A stretch of 63,401 bases of DNA, filler included, from Sphacelaria rigidula (lineage: Eukaryota): NCBI GenBank assembly GCA_964200075.2. It is 7 parts of 7 records of this genome, joined end to end, with 100 filler letters (N's around TTAATTAATTAA, not from the genome) between each part and the next. Parts side by side here need not be neighbours in the genome. Positions count along the whole stretch, not along the records: positions 27,218 to 36,188 come from CAXNAA020009611.1; positions 36,289 to 45,259 come from CAXNAA020009612.1; positions 45,360 to 54,330 come from CAXNAA020009613.1; 4 more parts are not named here. One strand, given 5' to 3'. Shown piece after piece: positions 35,389 to 48,361 of the stretch; position 1 is the first letter of the stretch, and each line of letters starts with the position of its first letter. The position numbers and the translations under genes were made by a program. A model generated the notes under the pieces. That model was not told where the DNA came from, searched no databases, and worked only from the letters and a program-made list of their open reading frames with translations.

Positions 35389-38300
35389 TACTGATGATAT
35401 TGATGATGATAATAATTATTATCATTATATATTTTTTTCATAATAATAATATTAATAATGATAATAGCAGAAACTATTGGAGGTCTGTTTTATCGGGCAA
35501 TAACCTCCCGGACAATATCGGAGTGTTGGCTACACGTTCCGGTATGACTTGGTGCGTCAACCGATAATCACCCACCTCCGAGTGTGCCCTACAGAACACA
35601 AACTTGGAAGTTTGCTTGAGCCGGTGAAACTGTTCCGAAAAAATCTGGCACCGGCCGAGGAAGGGTTGGTTCCAGGCGTGTGTCCCGTTCCCTGTAATAT
35701 GGCATAATTTAATTCAAAAGCAGTGAAGAGTTTCCTCCGTCATGGATATATCGATTTCAGTTTTCCCTACCTAGGGCTTCTCGCTTAAAGAAAGAGAACG
35801 TCGAAAATAGTCGTGTTGTTGTACGCTTGCGCAATAGAAGAGAAAACAAAATGAAAGAGATGAATTGTAGATCTTGTGTTATTGTGGCATCTCTTCGCAG
35901 TGCTTGTACCGAGATAAATCAATTTCTATTTTTTGTAGATTTTATCCTGACACCCTCGACCTAGTTTTATTTTCCCCGTGCAGCTGTCGGGAAAACTCGG
36001 CACAGTTTGCCATCTCAGGCTTGTTATCTTGTTGTTGTTGCTGCTGCTGCTGCTGCTGCTGTTGATGTTCTTATTGTTGTTTCGCAATTTTGACTGATGT
36101 TGCGATAGCCCCCCCCCAACTCCCCCCCCCCCCCCCCCCCCCCACCCCCCTCTCCCCACAACCCCCGCCGCACCACTCCCCTCGCGCCNNNNNNNNNNNN
36201 NNNNNNNNNNNNNNNNNNNNNNNNNNNNNNNNTTAATTAATTAANNNNNNNNNNNNNNNNNNNNNNNNNNNNNNNNNNNNNNNNNNNNGGTGTGGACAGC
36301 TTGGGGCCTGGGGGGGGGTGGGGGTGGGCGGGGGGGCGGGGGGGGGGTGGTGGGGGGGGGGGGGGGGGAGCGTACTCATTATTTGCTTGCCTTCTTCGTT
36401 TGACCATTGACCACGCACCCCTTTCGAGACGGAGCACCGTTTTTTAAGGAGGGGGGGGGGGAAGGTATGTGTCCGCTAGAACTCGGAAATGGTACCAGTT
36501 GTACTTGGCCATTATCATCAAATGGTGATGATGGTAACATTATCATCATAATGGTGATAATGGTGATAGTTAAAATAAGTTTCTGGAAACTGGTGCTCAA
36601 AAAATTATTCACCGTTACTGGCTACATATGCCACATACAGCAGGCGGCTACAACAGACAATACACAACATATAGGCAGCAGCAGTCCTGGGCTGCAGGAC
36701 ACATTCCAGCGCACACGGGGACGCAGAGGATACGCCAGAGCGCAAATTCCCGCCCACCATGGATACCATCGGCGATGAACTCGGCGCAGAAAATCGCAGC
36801 AGCGACACTAAAGATTACGCGGGTGCACGCCCACCCACAGTGCTCTGCCACGTTGCCTGTGTCAAGCTCGCGGCCAGCCTTCGCCATCGATGGCTCGTAC
36901 TTTAGTTTTGTCTTTTTCGATCAAAATTCAAAAGAAAAGCAAAGTCGGTCCTATTTTTTTCGATCAAAATATCAAATGGGCTACTTTTCCAATCGAAATT
37001 CCGAGCCAAGTGCGCTACGCTTTGGCCCTTGAAATTCGCTCAAATTTAACATATTTTTGAGGTCTAGCGAAGCCGAATCGTGTAAAAATGTGCCTCTGGC
37101 ACAGCGCCTCCGACGGGGCCCACTCTACCAGGGGGGGGCTTTTTGGCTCGCAGCTTCGCCGCTCGATGACCAAATCACCATGTGCCACTTAACTGGTTAT
37201 TGGTTGGACAAATCATTTCCGAGCCCTACTGTCCGCAGAGCAGCCGAAAAGCTCACCAAGTCCACCATGTGTTTTTGGAAGTTTCCCGCGCAAGATTATA
37301 AGCCAGAAGCGAGCCCCGAGATTCGCGGAAGGACCATTCTGACGAATCACGCCTGTCAATCCCAACCTTGCAATCATGCGTGACGCCCATCTCCTGTGTC
37401 CCAGTATATGCAGCAGTTGGTACTTCCAACACAGGCGTGTGGTGTTGTTGGTTTGACGCAGAACAAGGAAATGGCACAGCTAGACATGCATCATATGTAC
37501 ATCTGATGCATGGGTGGCCGCTAAAAAATCGAGTCAAAAAAAGAGGGAGAGCAAGGGTTTGCCGGGATGAAATTCTGGACGCGTAGCCCCCCCCTTCCGG
37601 AGAGTAATTTTTAAAAACATGAAATGATTTTGTATTTTTTTGTCGAAAATTGTTGAAAAAAAAAACTCTGACAAAAACCGAAAAGTCTGGTGGGCTTTGC
37701 GACGTTCGTATATTTGCTTCTGCTCCTTGCCCGCTCTGTCCCGATGACCTCGGATGCCGGCTACGCTCACGCACATGTATGCACACGAGCGCGTGGTAGC
37801 CACAGCCTGCAGCTAAACAAGCAACAGTATCTCACGCTTCACGCTACGTTCCTCAGACTACGTCGCGAGATGGGCGACGAGCGAGGTAGCGGCCGCTCGA
37901 GAAGATATATTAGGGCCTCAGCTAGTAGAGGGAACTGCTGAAGATGAGCTTGGGGTGGGTGGAGGGGGGGCGTGTCCGCCATCTCAGCGGCCTCCATGCC
38001 AAGGATCTGTGTACACAGCAGCTGACCGCATCCGCCAACGCCTCGGCTATAAAAAAGGGGATAACACGCTGGGTGTCCCCCCCCCCCCTCGAAAACTTAA
38101 ATTTCCGATCTTGGGGTATACTTATCTAGAAATTTTCTCCCGACAAACCCTTGGGAAGAGCGGAAACAGTCATCGACTAATAATTGAAAGGCGATACAAG
38201 AAGGTTAGAACAAACTGAATTACTACCCACCAATGTAGTTATTCTATGAACAGCTGTCGAGGGAAGGGTTGGATTGTTTCTGTAACATTTATTGTTTTGG

Positions 38301-40098
38301 GGGGACCGGACCAAAATTTGATTTATTACGATCAAAATAAAAGGAGGAAGCGTGACACGGAAGAAGTTGTGAAGAAAACATGTCTACTGTGCGAATGCAT
38401 ATTCGAAATGAGCGCTGTCCATTCAAGCCGTTTCATGTGCTGGAACCGGGGACCAAACCCATCATATGTGGTGGCTCCCAAAGTCGAAACGAAATGGGGC
38501 TCACTTGGCGCTCGAGAGAAGCCTTGCACCCTATCTCATGTTCCTGAATATTTGTTTTTTCCTGAACCAAGACAAAAAGGAAATAAGGGAAGGGATCATC
38601 AGTAACGGGGAGGAAAGTGAGCTGATGGGGAAACATGTTGCAAGATATTTTTGGGAGCGACATACAGCGGACCCCACCAGTTATTTGGGGAAAAGCGAAC
38701 GTGGTGAACGTACCCTATCGCCCGAAAGGAAAGTTACAGTTCATCTATCTAATGATATTCTAGGGAGACTGATTTTTTTTCACCAAAAATGAAGGAAGGG
38801 GGGAGCAACAACTAAAGAGAACAAATGTGTCAGAGCGACAGTTACCCATTCCTGTCAGCTCCAATGCTTGAAGAGAAGCAAAACAGTGGTGTTCTCTCAG
38901 TGCTCACGAGAAAAAATGCACTTTATCCAATGTTCTTGGGGGGTTGGTCTTCTTCTAAACCAAATAAAAGGGAGAGGGGGGAGGAACCTGGGGAGAATTG
39001 CGCGAAGGAAACAAAATGAAGAAGATCTTGCAACGAAAGAGAACGAGAAAATGGGGTTCGTCCAGTGCTGGAGAGAAAACCTGTTGCTGCGATATGATTG
39101 AAAACGTAATCGAAACAAGTCCACGATTCAGATGTTATTGTTCGAACCCTGTCCGAACGGTCGGCTCTGTAGCTCAATGGTATACTACCAGTCTCCGAAC
39201 TACGCACTAAATTTAAATAAATATAAATGACCGTCTGTCAAAGCTCCAGTGTGCGCGTGGAATGGAGCTCTCTCAGCGACAGGGGGAATTTTGCGCTGGC
39301 CCCCCACGAAATCTGTAACGCATGAAAAGCCTACCTAGTTTTTGCTTTGTGCGTACACATTCTTCGTGACCGCGACCTCCCTGCCCCCGCTTGTGCTGCT
39401 GCCAACATATGGTACCCGTTTTATCCAAGCATTCCCAATAGCACCCCCATCGCCAAGCCGTTTCGCTGAACAGTCAGCCTGCAATATTATCCACAAAGGA
39501 GGCCTCCCGCCCACGGGGTCGACCCTTTTGCTTGCGAAGTAATGTGGTTATTTTTCGATGAGAGCATGCATAGCAATGCGAACGTTTGTGACCCACTCGA
39601 TCTTCATTGGAGGAGTGCTTCCTGCTGTGAAAGTCCCAAAACCTTCGCAATCCAAGGTTCTTGGCTTTCCGTATGATTTCACGCTCGCTCACCGCGCGCT
39701 TCTCGGTCGAGAAGGTTCACAGTATCGATGACAGCATGATGATGGATAGGTCTTCGGTTTGGTAAATCACCAGATGACATGCTGCCTTTTAATTCGCACG
39801 TCAACCTGAACACCAGAGCTAGACAGCATCGTTCAACCGCAGTTGCGTTCGACACTCGCATGATGTAGAGTCCACCGTTGACATTGCTCACAGGACGGTG
39901 TCGTGCCGTTCCCCCGACAACGAACAAATGTTGCAAAGTGATATGTTTTTCTGGTCCCGGCTGTTGCCCAGCCCACCTGCCGTACTGCCGTAGCACGCTC
40001 ATGCGTCACCCAAACGTCCCACCTCACACGCAACCTCTACGGATGTATTTAACTATATTGAAATCAAGATGGTCCGGTTGGTTGCTTCGGTACCTCAG

Positions 40099-42181
40099 GA
40101 ACGGGCGTCAACCGTAGCAACGACGAGCTCGGTGGAGCGGGGGGTGTCGCCACCGAGGCGTCAATTCGGAGGCAGCAGAAGCAGGTGAAATTCGCTTTTT
40201 TGCCTTTTTAGCGATCGTCTTCATCATGTTCATCATGTATGCTATTTTTTTTTCGGTCGCCTGTCGTGGCGTTAACCGCCATGACAAACTGCAGAATTAC
40301 CTTCAGTCCGACCAGGTACAGCGCTCGGCTGTTATAATGATGTGAGCATCATTTCCCCCCTGGTCTGTATCTTGGTGAGACATGTCCATGTGCTATGTGC
40401 TATCTTTGTTCGCGAGGATGCAGTATGCTGGATGAATATTCTATGCCGTGTATTCCTCCTTATTGGAAATGGACTGCTTCGATATACCCCTTGAAACTCC
40501 GGAAATTATCACGACGTTCGGCGATGCAGAGAATCACGAACACCTCGAATACGCTTGATCGATAGCTAAGGATGTCCAGTCCGTAGCTAAGCTTTCCTTT
40601 TCCTGTGTTTCCTCTCCGATCTTCGCTTTCAACAGGTCACCGCCTACCTCTCCCGCACACACCGCCTCGGCAACTCCAGCGGAACATATGTCTCGTCTCA
40701 GAAAGTCCCGCCAGAGAGCTTTGACCCGACCGGGCTCCCCGGCGGTGGACCGGCGGTGGTCAAGCCGAATCCCTTCGTGCACGCCAACTCCCATTCCGAC
40801 ACCGACTCCTACACCGGGACAAACGCCAACTGACACGCCAGCGGCCACACCGACTCGGATTTCTTCCATCTGTGGTCAACGTGATAGTCGCTGCAACGCT
40901 GACGGACGTCATTGTGGGAACAGGGGATCCAACGAAGGTTCAGCTTCTTCGCCGGTGCTGCGTGGAACGAGCGCTAAGCCAACAGCCTTTGGATCTTGTG
41001 GGTTTCCAGAGGCATCCACCCCAATCGCGGCTGATGCCGATGGTGTCTGCCGCAGCGACGGGGGCTCTCTCGCCACAAATTTAAGGGGTGCGGAGTTGGC
41101 GGCATGTCAGCAGTCAACCAAGGAAGGCCTTGGCAGCCCTAGCAACGCATCCAATATACCGCATCCAGTTCGCTCCATTTCGGCTTGTTCTCCGCCAGTT
41201 TCGCCCACAGTGAGGGTTGACGGCTCAGAGCGTGTGGCCACAGTGGCAAGGAAAAGAGAGGTCGTTGGACAGAATATCCGGACGAGGTTATTTCCTCCTG
41301 CAGGGGGACAGGATTCCGCGAAAAACAGTGGAGGCGAGGTTGCTGGTCGGAGGGAGGATCGGGGACCGTTTGAGGCGGTGGCAGATGGGGGTAACGGTAA
41401 CCCGCGAGCGGTGCAGGCGCGACAGTGCTGGAAGAACGAAGACAAACAGCCCGTCGTGCCGCGTTCCGTTGATGCGGAGGTGCGTCGCGAGTCAAATGTG
41501 TAGGGGCGTTTGTGTGAGTGTGTGCATGAAGTGCGTCATTTTGTGGGACGCTATATTGTCTTGCACACCACATGCCGTTTGGGTCCAGAAAATTCTCGCC
41601 GCGTGTGCATTAACGCGGGAGGAAAACTGCGCAAAAGTGTGAAAAGTGTGACGAAACGAGCATTCGAACAATCCATGCTTTACATGTATTAGGCACAGTA
41701 ACATCCACAGTCCGCCCGTCGAACTCGCACAGTATGTATATGTATATGTATATATATACATTTACATACTTTGGTTGGTCTGTCACTCATCACTCCTGCT
41801 GTTGACGTTGCTCGTTTCCCTTTCATGCCCGAACATTCTCCCTCTGATCATCGTGTCGGGCTGGGTCGATGTGACAGGTCGGGGTTATGTTTGACGAGTC
41901 ACGGGGAACGCTGAGGCTGTGCCTCCATACTCTCGGCGACGAACGAGTCCCCTCTCTATCCCTGCCACAAGTTCGAGAGGCCTACCGCACGGGCACTGGA
42001 AATTTGCGCTCGTGGACAACGGAGGGAATGTGCGGGACAGGTAATCCAATAGGAACAAAGGCGCAGGACGAATGGGGGGGGGGGGGGGGGGGCCGCCGGG
42101 GGGGGGGGGGGGGGGGGGTTTTGCAGGGGGGGGCAGATGACAAAACCCCGGGCGGGATGGGGAAAGAAAAANNNNNNNNNN

Positions 42182-42224
<43 letters not shown>

Positions 42225-44772
42225 GTCCGGGAGGGCGGGGCGCGGGAGGGCTTTCACGGGGGTGGACATGTTACAATACCGTGCCCGATGAGGCAAGGAA
42301 AAACAGTAACAGACACGTAACTCTTACGGGTGGGAGATGGAATATTGCAAATAGCGTATATTTGGCATATCTCAACACGAAATAATTATCAAGGGCCAGG
42401 AGCAACAACATATCAGGGCTCTCGACTGTGTTTGTGAAGTGATGTGCGTATCCCAAAGTGAATATCCATTAGGAGACGAAGAACGCCGCACGTTGCGTGA
42501 GAATGCGTTGCGAGTGGAGAACGTGAGAGGAAGAGCGCATGTGGCATGTCACGCATGAGGTCTCCTTCCCCTCTCAACCGAGTTGTATCCGCGCTTTTGG
42601 TACATGTTGGTTATCCTCCGGCCACTGCTGTCCCGTTCTTCATGAACATCGTCGCGCACTCGATGGGAAGTGAGCGGAGAATCGTGTATTGCCATTGTAT
42701 CGCCCGTACGCTCACCACTGACGTTCTTGCACTGCCATCGTGCGCATCAATACAGCAGGCGACGATACGCTAGAACACACTTCCCTGACGGAGGTGGAGA
42801 AGGCGAGGATGGGGGTGCTCTCCTCCACGGACGCATACTTGTTCACGTTCGGAGCGAGTTCATTTAAAACAACAACAGCAGCACCTCCAACCACGGCAAG
42901 CGAGTGTGCTAGAGGGCACACAGCCGTCGCTCCAGCGAAGCAAGACGCTGCGCACGACACCCCAGTACCTTACCCTGAGAGCGATGTTGACACTGCATCG
43001 TCGATGTTGGAACAAGGTAGGACAGTCGATGAAACAACGGGAACCGCGGTCGGTGCAAAATCGAGCGAATCGGAGTTGCGTCTGGTGTATCTCTGGCTTG
43101 GGCGAGAAGCGGGTTCGAGAGCTCGGGCTGCGGTCAAGGCGCAGGTGAGAGCCTGCTACTGGACGAACGGGAAACATGGGGGCTGAGACGGCAGGAGGGT
43201 GACATGCCCTTTCGCCGGAAAAAGTGAATCCTGCCTTCTGTGCTACCATGTCTAAACCACAAGTAATGGCCCGGAGTAAGGCGCGTACATCTCGTTCCGA
43301 AGTTTACCGGGACAGGGTTGGGGACGTGGGTACACTACAAGTATAAATGAGGAACGGCAGCGGTTTTTCGGTTGCTCTCCGCATTGTCTCACGCTGCTCC
43401 GCGCCACAGGGAGAAAGACTGCTGCGGCAGCACACACGCATAACTTCGCGTCCGCCGCTACTGGAGATCGAACAAGGTTGCGAGCCGGCGCTTTTTTTGG
43501 CCCTGTTCTCCTACATGCAACCTCCTTTGGCGGCAGTTGTGCTGCAGGCCAGGAATGAAAATCCAGATCTGAGGTGAGGACATGAACAGACGTATCATCT
43601 CCTATAGCTGTAACGTGGGCGCCTCAAATTGAAGGATTGGGATTTTCAAGGTCGTGGAAGATGGCCATACTCCTTGGTGACGACCTTCACTTTATTCGGG
43701 CGGCTTGTTTGCTGCGCGAATATGAATCGAGCATACAAACTAGGCCGACACACGAAAAACTGTTGCTATATGCGCTCCACACGCGGGTCGGCTACAAGCC
43801 CATGCCGGCAAAGAGAACTCTCGTCGGCACCTGCATATTGTCATGATGCATTGTCTCTTCTTGTCTTCCGGTGCCCCCTCGAGCAATGGCAACCTCGCCA
43901 TCTAATCTGCAACAATCTGCCAACGCATCGGTCGAACAACTGTAGGTTCAAAGCTGTATCTTGTGTTGACTGGAACATGACCTTCGCCCACCCACTTCCG
44001 CTGTATTTGTCAGAGTGCTCGAGCTGCACGAGAGCCCCTGCCTGCAGGGCGCCGGCATTGCCCTCGCCGTAGAAGGCGACCCTTCTTTGCTCGCCAAGCA
44101 CGGTCCGCTGCCTGGGCGGAGCTATGTGATACTCGTCCGCCCGTGTCGGCGGCGCCGCCGAGGGGACGGTAGCGGCGGCGGTAGAGGTGGAGAGGGCGGG
44201 AAGGAGAAAGAACGAGTTCACAGTTGGAGCAGCAATGGGAGGGATAGCGTGGGTGATGGAGTGGCCGCGTTCGATGCGGGGTACTACTGGCACGGGCTGG
44301 AGGAGACGCCTGCTGTAGAGGGGGTGAGCACCATTTGTTTAGATTGAAAGGCGGGCAAGGGCGGGCAGAAGGGTAGCTACGTTTTCTTCATGCCTCATTC
44401 GCTAGACCATTGGCCGAGCGGAACAGGGTGTGGAGGCAGGGAGGTGAGGGGAATAGAGACGTGAAATACACGGAAGTGCGGCTTTATCTAGCTGCATCGA
44501 CTGGGAAGAGAGCGTGAGCGCCAGACTTCGATGGTCGTGAAGAGGTGGTCGGACGCAGCTTGTCCGCTAAAGCATTGTCCTGCCTGTGTGATGGTCTTGC
44601 CTTCCGTGCCGTGCGTGTGCAACTGCAGGTGGGCATCCTTCTGTGCCAGCAGGTAGAACGCATGTTTCCCTCACCTTCTGCCTGTACCGGCGATCGAGCC
44701 AAGCGGAAGGGCTCAGGAAGGCGGCGACGCGTTCGTGACTGTGGCGGGTGCTTCGGCATGATGAGGGGGTGA
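40099..44772 (+). CDS. Gelsolin/villin-repeat protein, spliced, 5' incomplete. Exons 40099-40184, 40636-41479, 41878-42040, 42759-43144, 43410-43573, 44014-44323, 44629-44772
   Basis: All junctions are AG/GT and phase-compatible (2,0,1,0,2,0). Gelsolin-repeat motifs GVLSSTDAYL..VYLWLGREA, IEQGCEPALFLALF and AVE..GRSYVIL..GYYWHG. Confidence 0.78.
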
Positions 44773-46401
44773 TGTAACAGTAAATCCAGTACCATGCCGA
44801 CGAGAACACCTATATTTAACTTGAGGTTCATGATTTTTTTTCTTCTTTTTTGTACGGAGGCAGAAGCACCCGCACTAGCCCGTGTCATTCAGCAGAGCGC
44901 TTCCACAACTACTAGGAAGCTGGAGAGCAATACAGATTTTAGCGAGCGTACCATCCTGAAGTGTCGGGCCACTCTCTCGTCACCAGACCTCCTCCGTACA
45001 TTACAGTAGTGGTCGAGCTTTAAATATGGTTTTCACTTAATCGGGACTTTTTCACAGACGATTTGTCACCTTCACTCGAGAGTTTGAGAGTCGGTAGGTG
45101 TCTGAAAACGAATCAGGTCATCCTCGGGACACATGTCCCCCTTCTTGTTTGTTGCCCGAACGATACGGAGTAAAATCCCGCTTGTCGGGGGGGGAGGCGT
45201 TCTCGTGTGTTGCTTGCCTTAGTCGTCTGACCATTGACCACGTATCCCTTTCGAGACGGNNNNNNNNNNNNNNNNNNNNNNNNNNNNNNNNNNNNNNNNN
45301 NNNTTAATTAATTAANNNNNNNNNNNNNNNNNNNNNNNNNNNNNNNNNNNNNNNNNNNNTCACTGCAAAGTGTGTGTACCCTGTCCCTGGCCCACAAAAA
45401 AGCCTTCGAAGCAAAAGAAAGCCCAAGTGGTCGGGACTCGGATTCCCGATTTTTTCATCATTCACTTGCGTTTTATGTAGGTCCGACCTCCCATCCCCCG
45501 AATTGTTTTTGGTCACCATCCCATAGTGAACCCTAGTTGATAACACTAACACGTAAGTAATGCTGGGGAGAAGTTCGGGAATAAATGTGCCCTACTACAT
45601 ATGTGGTCATATTCACAAGGCGACTGAATCTGGCAACGCTGTGGAACGAGAGACGGAGCTAGAGGCATGAATTCTGCGCACCCCTCTGTCGAAGCGGCAC
45701 AAGCGGCAGTAAGGTCGGATGTGATCGACGGTAACGAACTTACTGTGTATAGGCAGCTGATCTCTGTCGTGGAGAACTGCCCATAACATGTGAGGGAGTA
45801 TGCAACGGCAGCTGCTGCTGCACTCGGGAAGGCGTGCTGCACTGTATCGTATCTGCAGCGCAACACCCATGCCGTTCGAAGAGAATTTGCCGCTTGCAAC
45901 AAAGGGGGAAATCGCGGCCCACCCCGACCACAAAGGGCTGTGTGGCAAGATGATGGGGACAATGTCCAAGGCCACAAGTGGCGGGCGACGATTGCCACAT
46001 CCTATTGAAAGCTCTCCACCGCAACTGATACTGCTTGATACATTTGTACATTACCTGATGCGCACAACACCCGAATTATAGTACAGACAGTTTGTACCTG
46101 CGCCTGAAAATAGATTGGATGAAACTTTCTGTCTTCATCTAACCCTGCCGTTACATACATATACATACGTTGGTTTTTAGCAACATGAAGCCACTGTTTC
46201 ATGCATATGCAGGACACGTCATTCCTAACCAGCCTCATCGGTCGTTCTGGAGGCCCAGTCCCAAAAGGGTCAATATTAACTCAAATCCGCACATATTCAA
46301 TGACTCACTGTCCCCGGTTCGTCAAAGCGCAAGATACCCGACTTGCTAACGAAATTGTACACCATCCTCGCCGTGTCAACTCGTATTCCTAAACAAACCA
46401 G

Positions 46402-46730
46402 AGGCACTGGACGACATCCTTTCCACCGAAGTATCTCTTCGGTGCGCGTCCACGAGCGCCGAAGTGACGGTGGAGTTTAGCACACCCATCGAATCGGTGG
46501 CATATCCTGGCGCAATAGTGTCGGGTAACACGGTTACGTTCCAGGTAGACGACCTGGAAGCAAACCCTACCGAGTTCACCGCTCTGCTGGATATATGCAG
46601 CATCGCTGACGGTAGCAAGGACGGCGGCGGCACGCCAAACGCCGTCATATCGATCGCGTACTCTGACGACCAAAGCAACACGCCGGACTTGTCAGTTGCG
46701 CAACGCGCCGCTCAGCTTGGAGAATGTGAG
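46402..46730 (+). CDS. Exon encoding a beta-rich, probably extracellular domain; likely 5' part of the membrane-protein gene downstream
   Basis: ACCAG acceptor. ALDDILSTEVSLRC..GNTVTFQVDDL..ISIAYSDDQSNTPD. Donor at 46726 or 46731. Confidence 0.65.
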
Positions 46731-48361
46731 GTGGGAGACGGTTTCTACCAGAGAACAAATCTAGCCCGAGGCAAAGTAATCGGATCTCGAGCGTCGAGGC
46801 ACCCCGTACATGTGAAAATGTAAAGGGCTACCATCCATCATTCCATGTTCTCGTGTTTCTGTCGGCAAGCACTGTGCAGAATCTGATACGCGTAGTCTAG
46901 TGAATGGAAAAAAGGGACGTGGAATACGAGACCCCTCGAACGAAACGAAGTTATTCTTCGAGACGTCAATGACAGCGCGCCTGGTTCGTCTTGATCAGTC
47001 TTGGAAATGAGGGTACACGTGCAACTACAGACACGCACAACCGATGCTGACATCGTTGCTGCACACATTTTTCACACCTCGCGATACGAATGTGCTGCTG
47101 AGTTCGCCCGTTGCTGCTTTTTTCTTAGGTGGGGAACACTGGAATGAACGCTGCAAGCGTGATCTCCGCAGTTGCCACCATCTGCATTTTTGCTGCGTGT
47201 ACGGGAGGCATGTTTCGCGGCAAATACCCCGGCGATTCCCGCGGTAACAGTGTGAGTTGAATTTGTGTCTATAGCACTTCTGTTGTTGGACCTTCTTCAC
47301 TATGTGCTTATTCTACGTAGCTGAAACTGAGGTATGTTGAAAGAGTGAAAGTTTTTCAACTGTGCATTCGTGGTATTTGCTGCTGAGCACACTCTGATGA
47401 TACCCCTCACCTCGGCCACACCGATCAAATTATCATGTCGCCCGTATGTGTCACACACACTAAAACCCACGGCCATACCTAACCGCGCGACCCATACCAT
47501 CCTTCACCAAGACTCACGCTCCCCGCGTTCTGACGTGATTCTCACATCACATAAGGAGAGCCTGAACATTGGTCACTTCTGCTTCTACAAGGGTCTCCAG
47601 TAAATAGACCTTGGGATAGGTCGGTCTGTCTTGCTGGTAGGAATTTTCGATGAACTTTGGTGAAGAGTAAGCGACAGTATATTCAGCCTCGACGTCGAGA
47701 AATGAGACAGAAAGAACGACATGTTCAGACAAGATTCCCATGTGCTGACCGTTGGCTGATACCAATTGCCCTTTTTCTTCCCAATCATCGGAATCCAAGG
47801 GACAACATGTAACATAAAATGATTGCACCGACGAGTAGAATTGGTGACGAATGAGGCGTAATAAAAAGATCGAGATTTTCATGAAATAACTGGGTTTGTC
47901 GACAAGACGTACATGTGTGCTATCGCTCAATGTCGCATCCCGTGCAACTGGCGATGGCTCGGATGACCGCACAGAAGACAAGGACCGAGCGACACAACGG
48001 GTAAATATAGGAACGAAGCAGAAGCGTTACGTTATGAATGTTTCAGCGATTCTTCAAATAGAGTTTCGTTCTACTTCCCAGCGACCACAAGAGTGAGGAT
48101 GCTACTAATGAAAGCACATAATTATGGCAGTCGCTGCTTGTACTTCGATCTAATCGCGTATTAATCATGCGGGAGAATCTGTGCTCGCGCACTGGCCTGC
48201 TCTATTGGAGGCAGTTGTGGAGTTAGTCATGGTCGCACGTGACGCGGTGGCGTTCTATATTGAGGAGATAGATCAAGCTTGATACAGCTTAATGCCATTA
48301 GTGCCGACAAAGCTCGCGAGAGACGTGCTGACTTACATTCGACGCTTGCTGGTGTCAACAG

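Noticed and set aside
39121-39205. B-box-like GTTCGAACC followed by A-box-like TAGCTCAATGG, suggesting a permuted tRNA gene
   Set aside because: The T-stem does not pair and no partner for the GGCTCTG acceptor strand is present. More likely SINE debris or chance.
42074-42222. Gly/Pro-rich (formin-like) ORFs over poly-G tracts (also 36110-36370)
   Set aside because: Homopolymer runs next to N gaps. The 42074 tract is inside an intron of the gelsolin-repeat gene.
45603-45735. vWA-like VVIFT / EAAQAA peptides upstream of the 46402 exon
   Set aside because: The first lies inside the repeat shared with 72-354. The second lacks an acceptor and a consistent frame.
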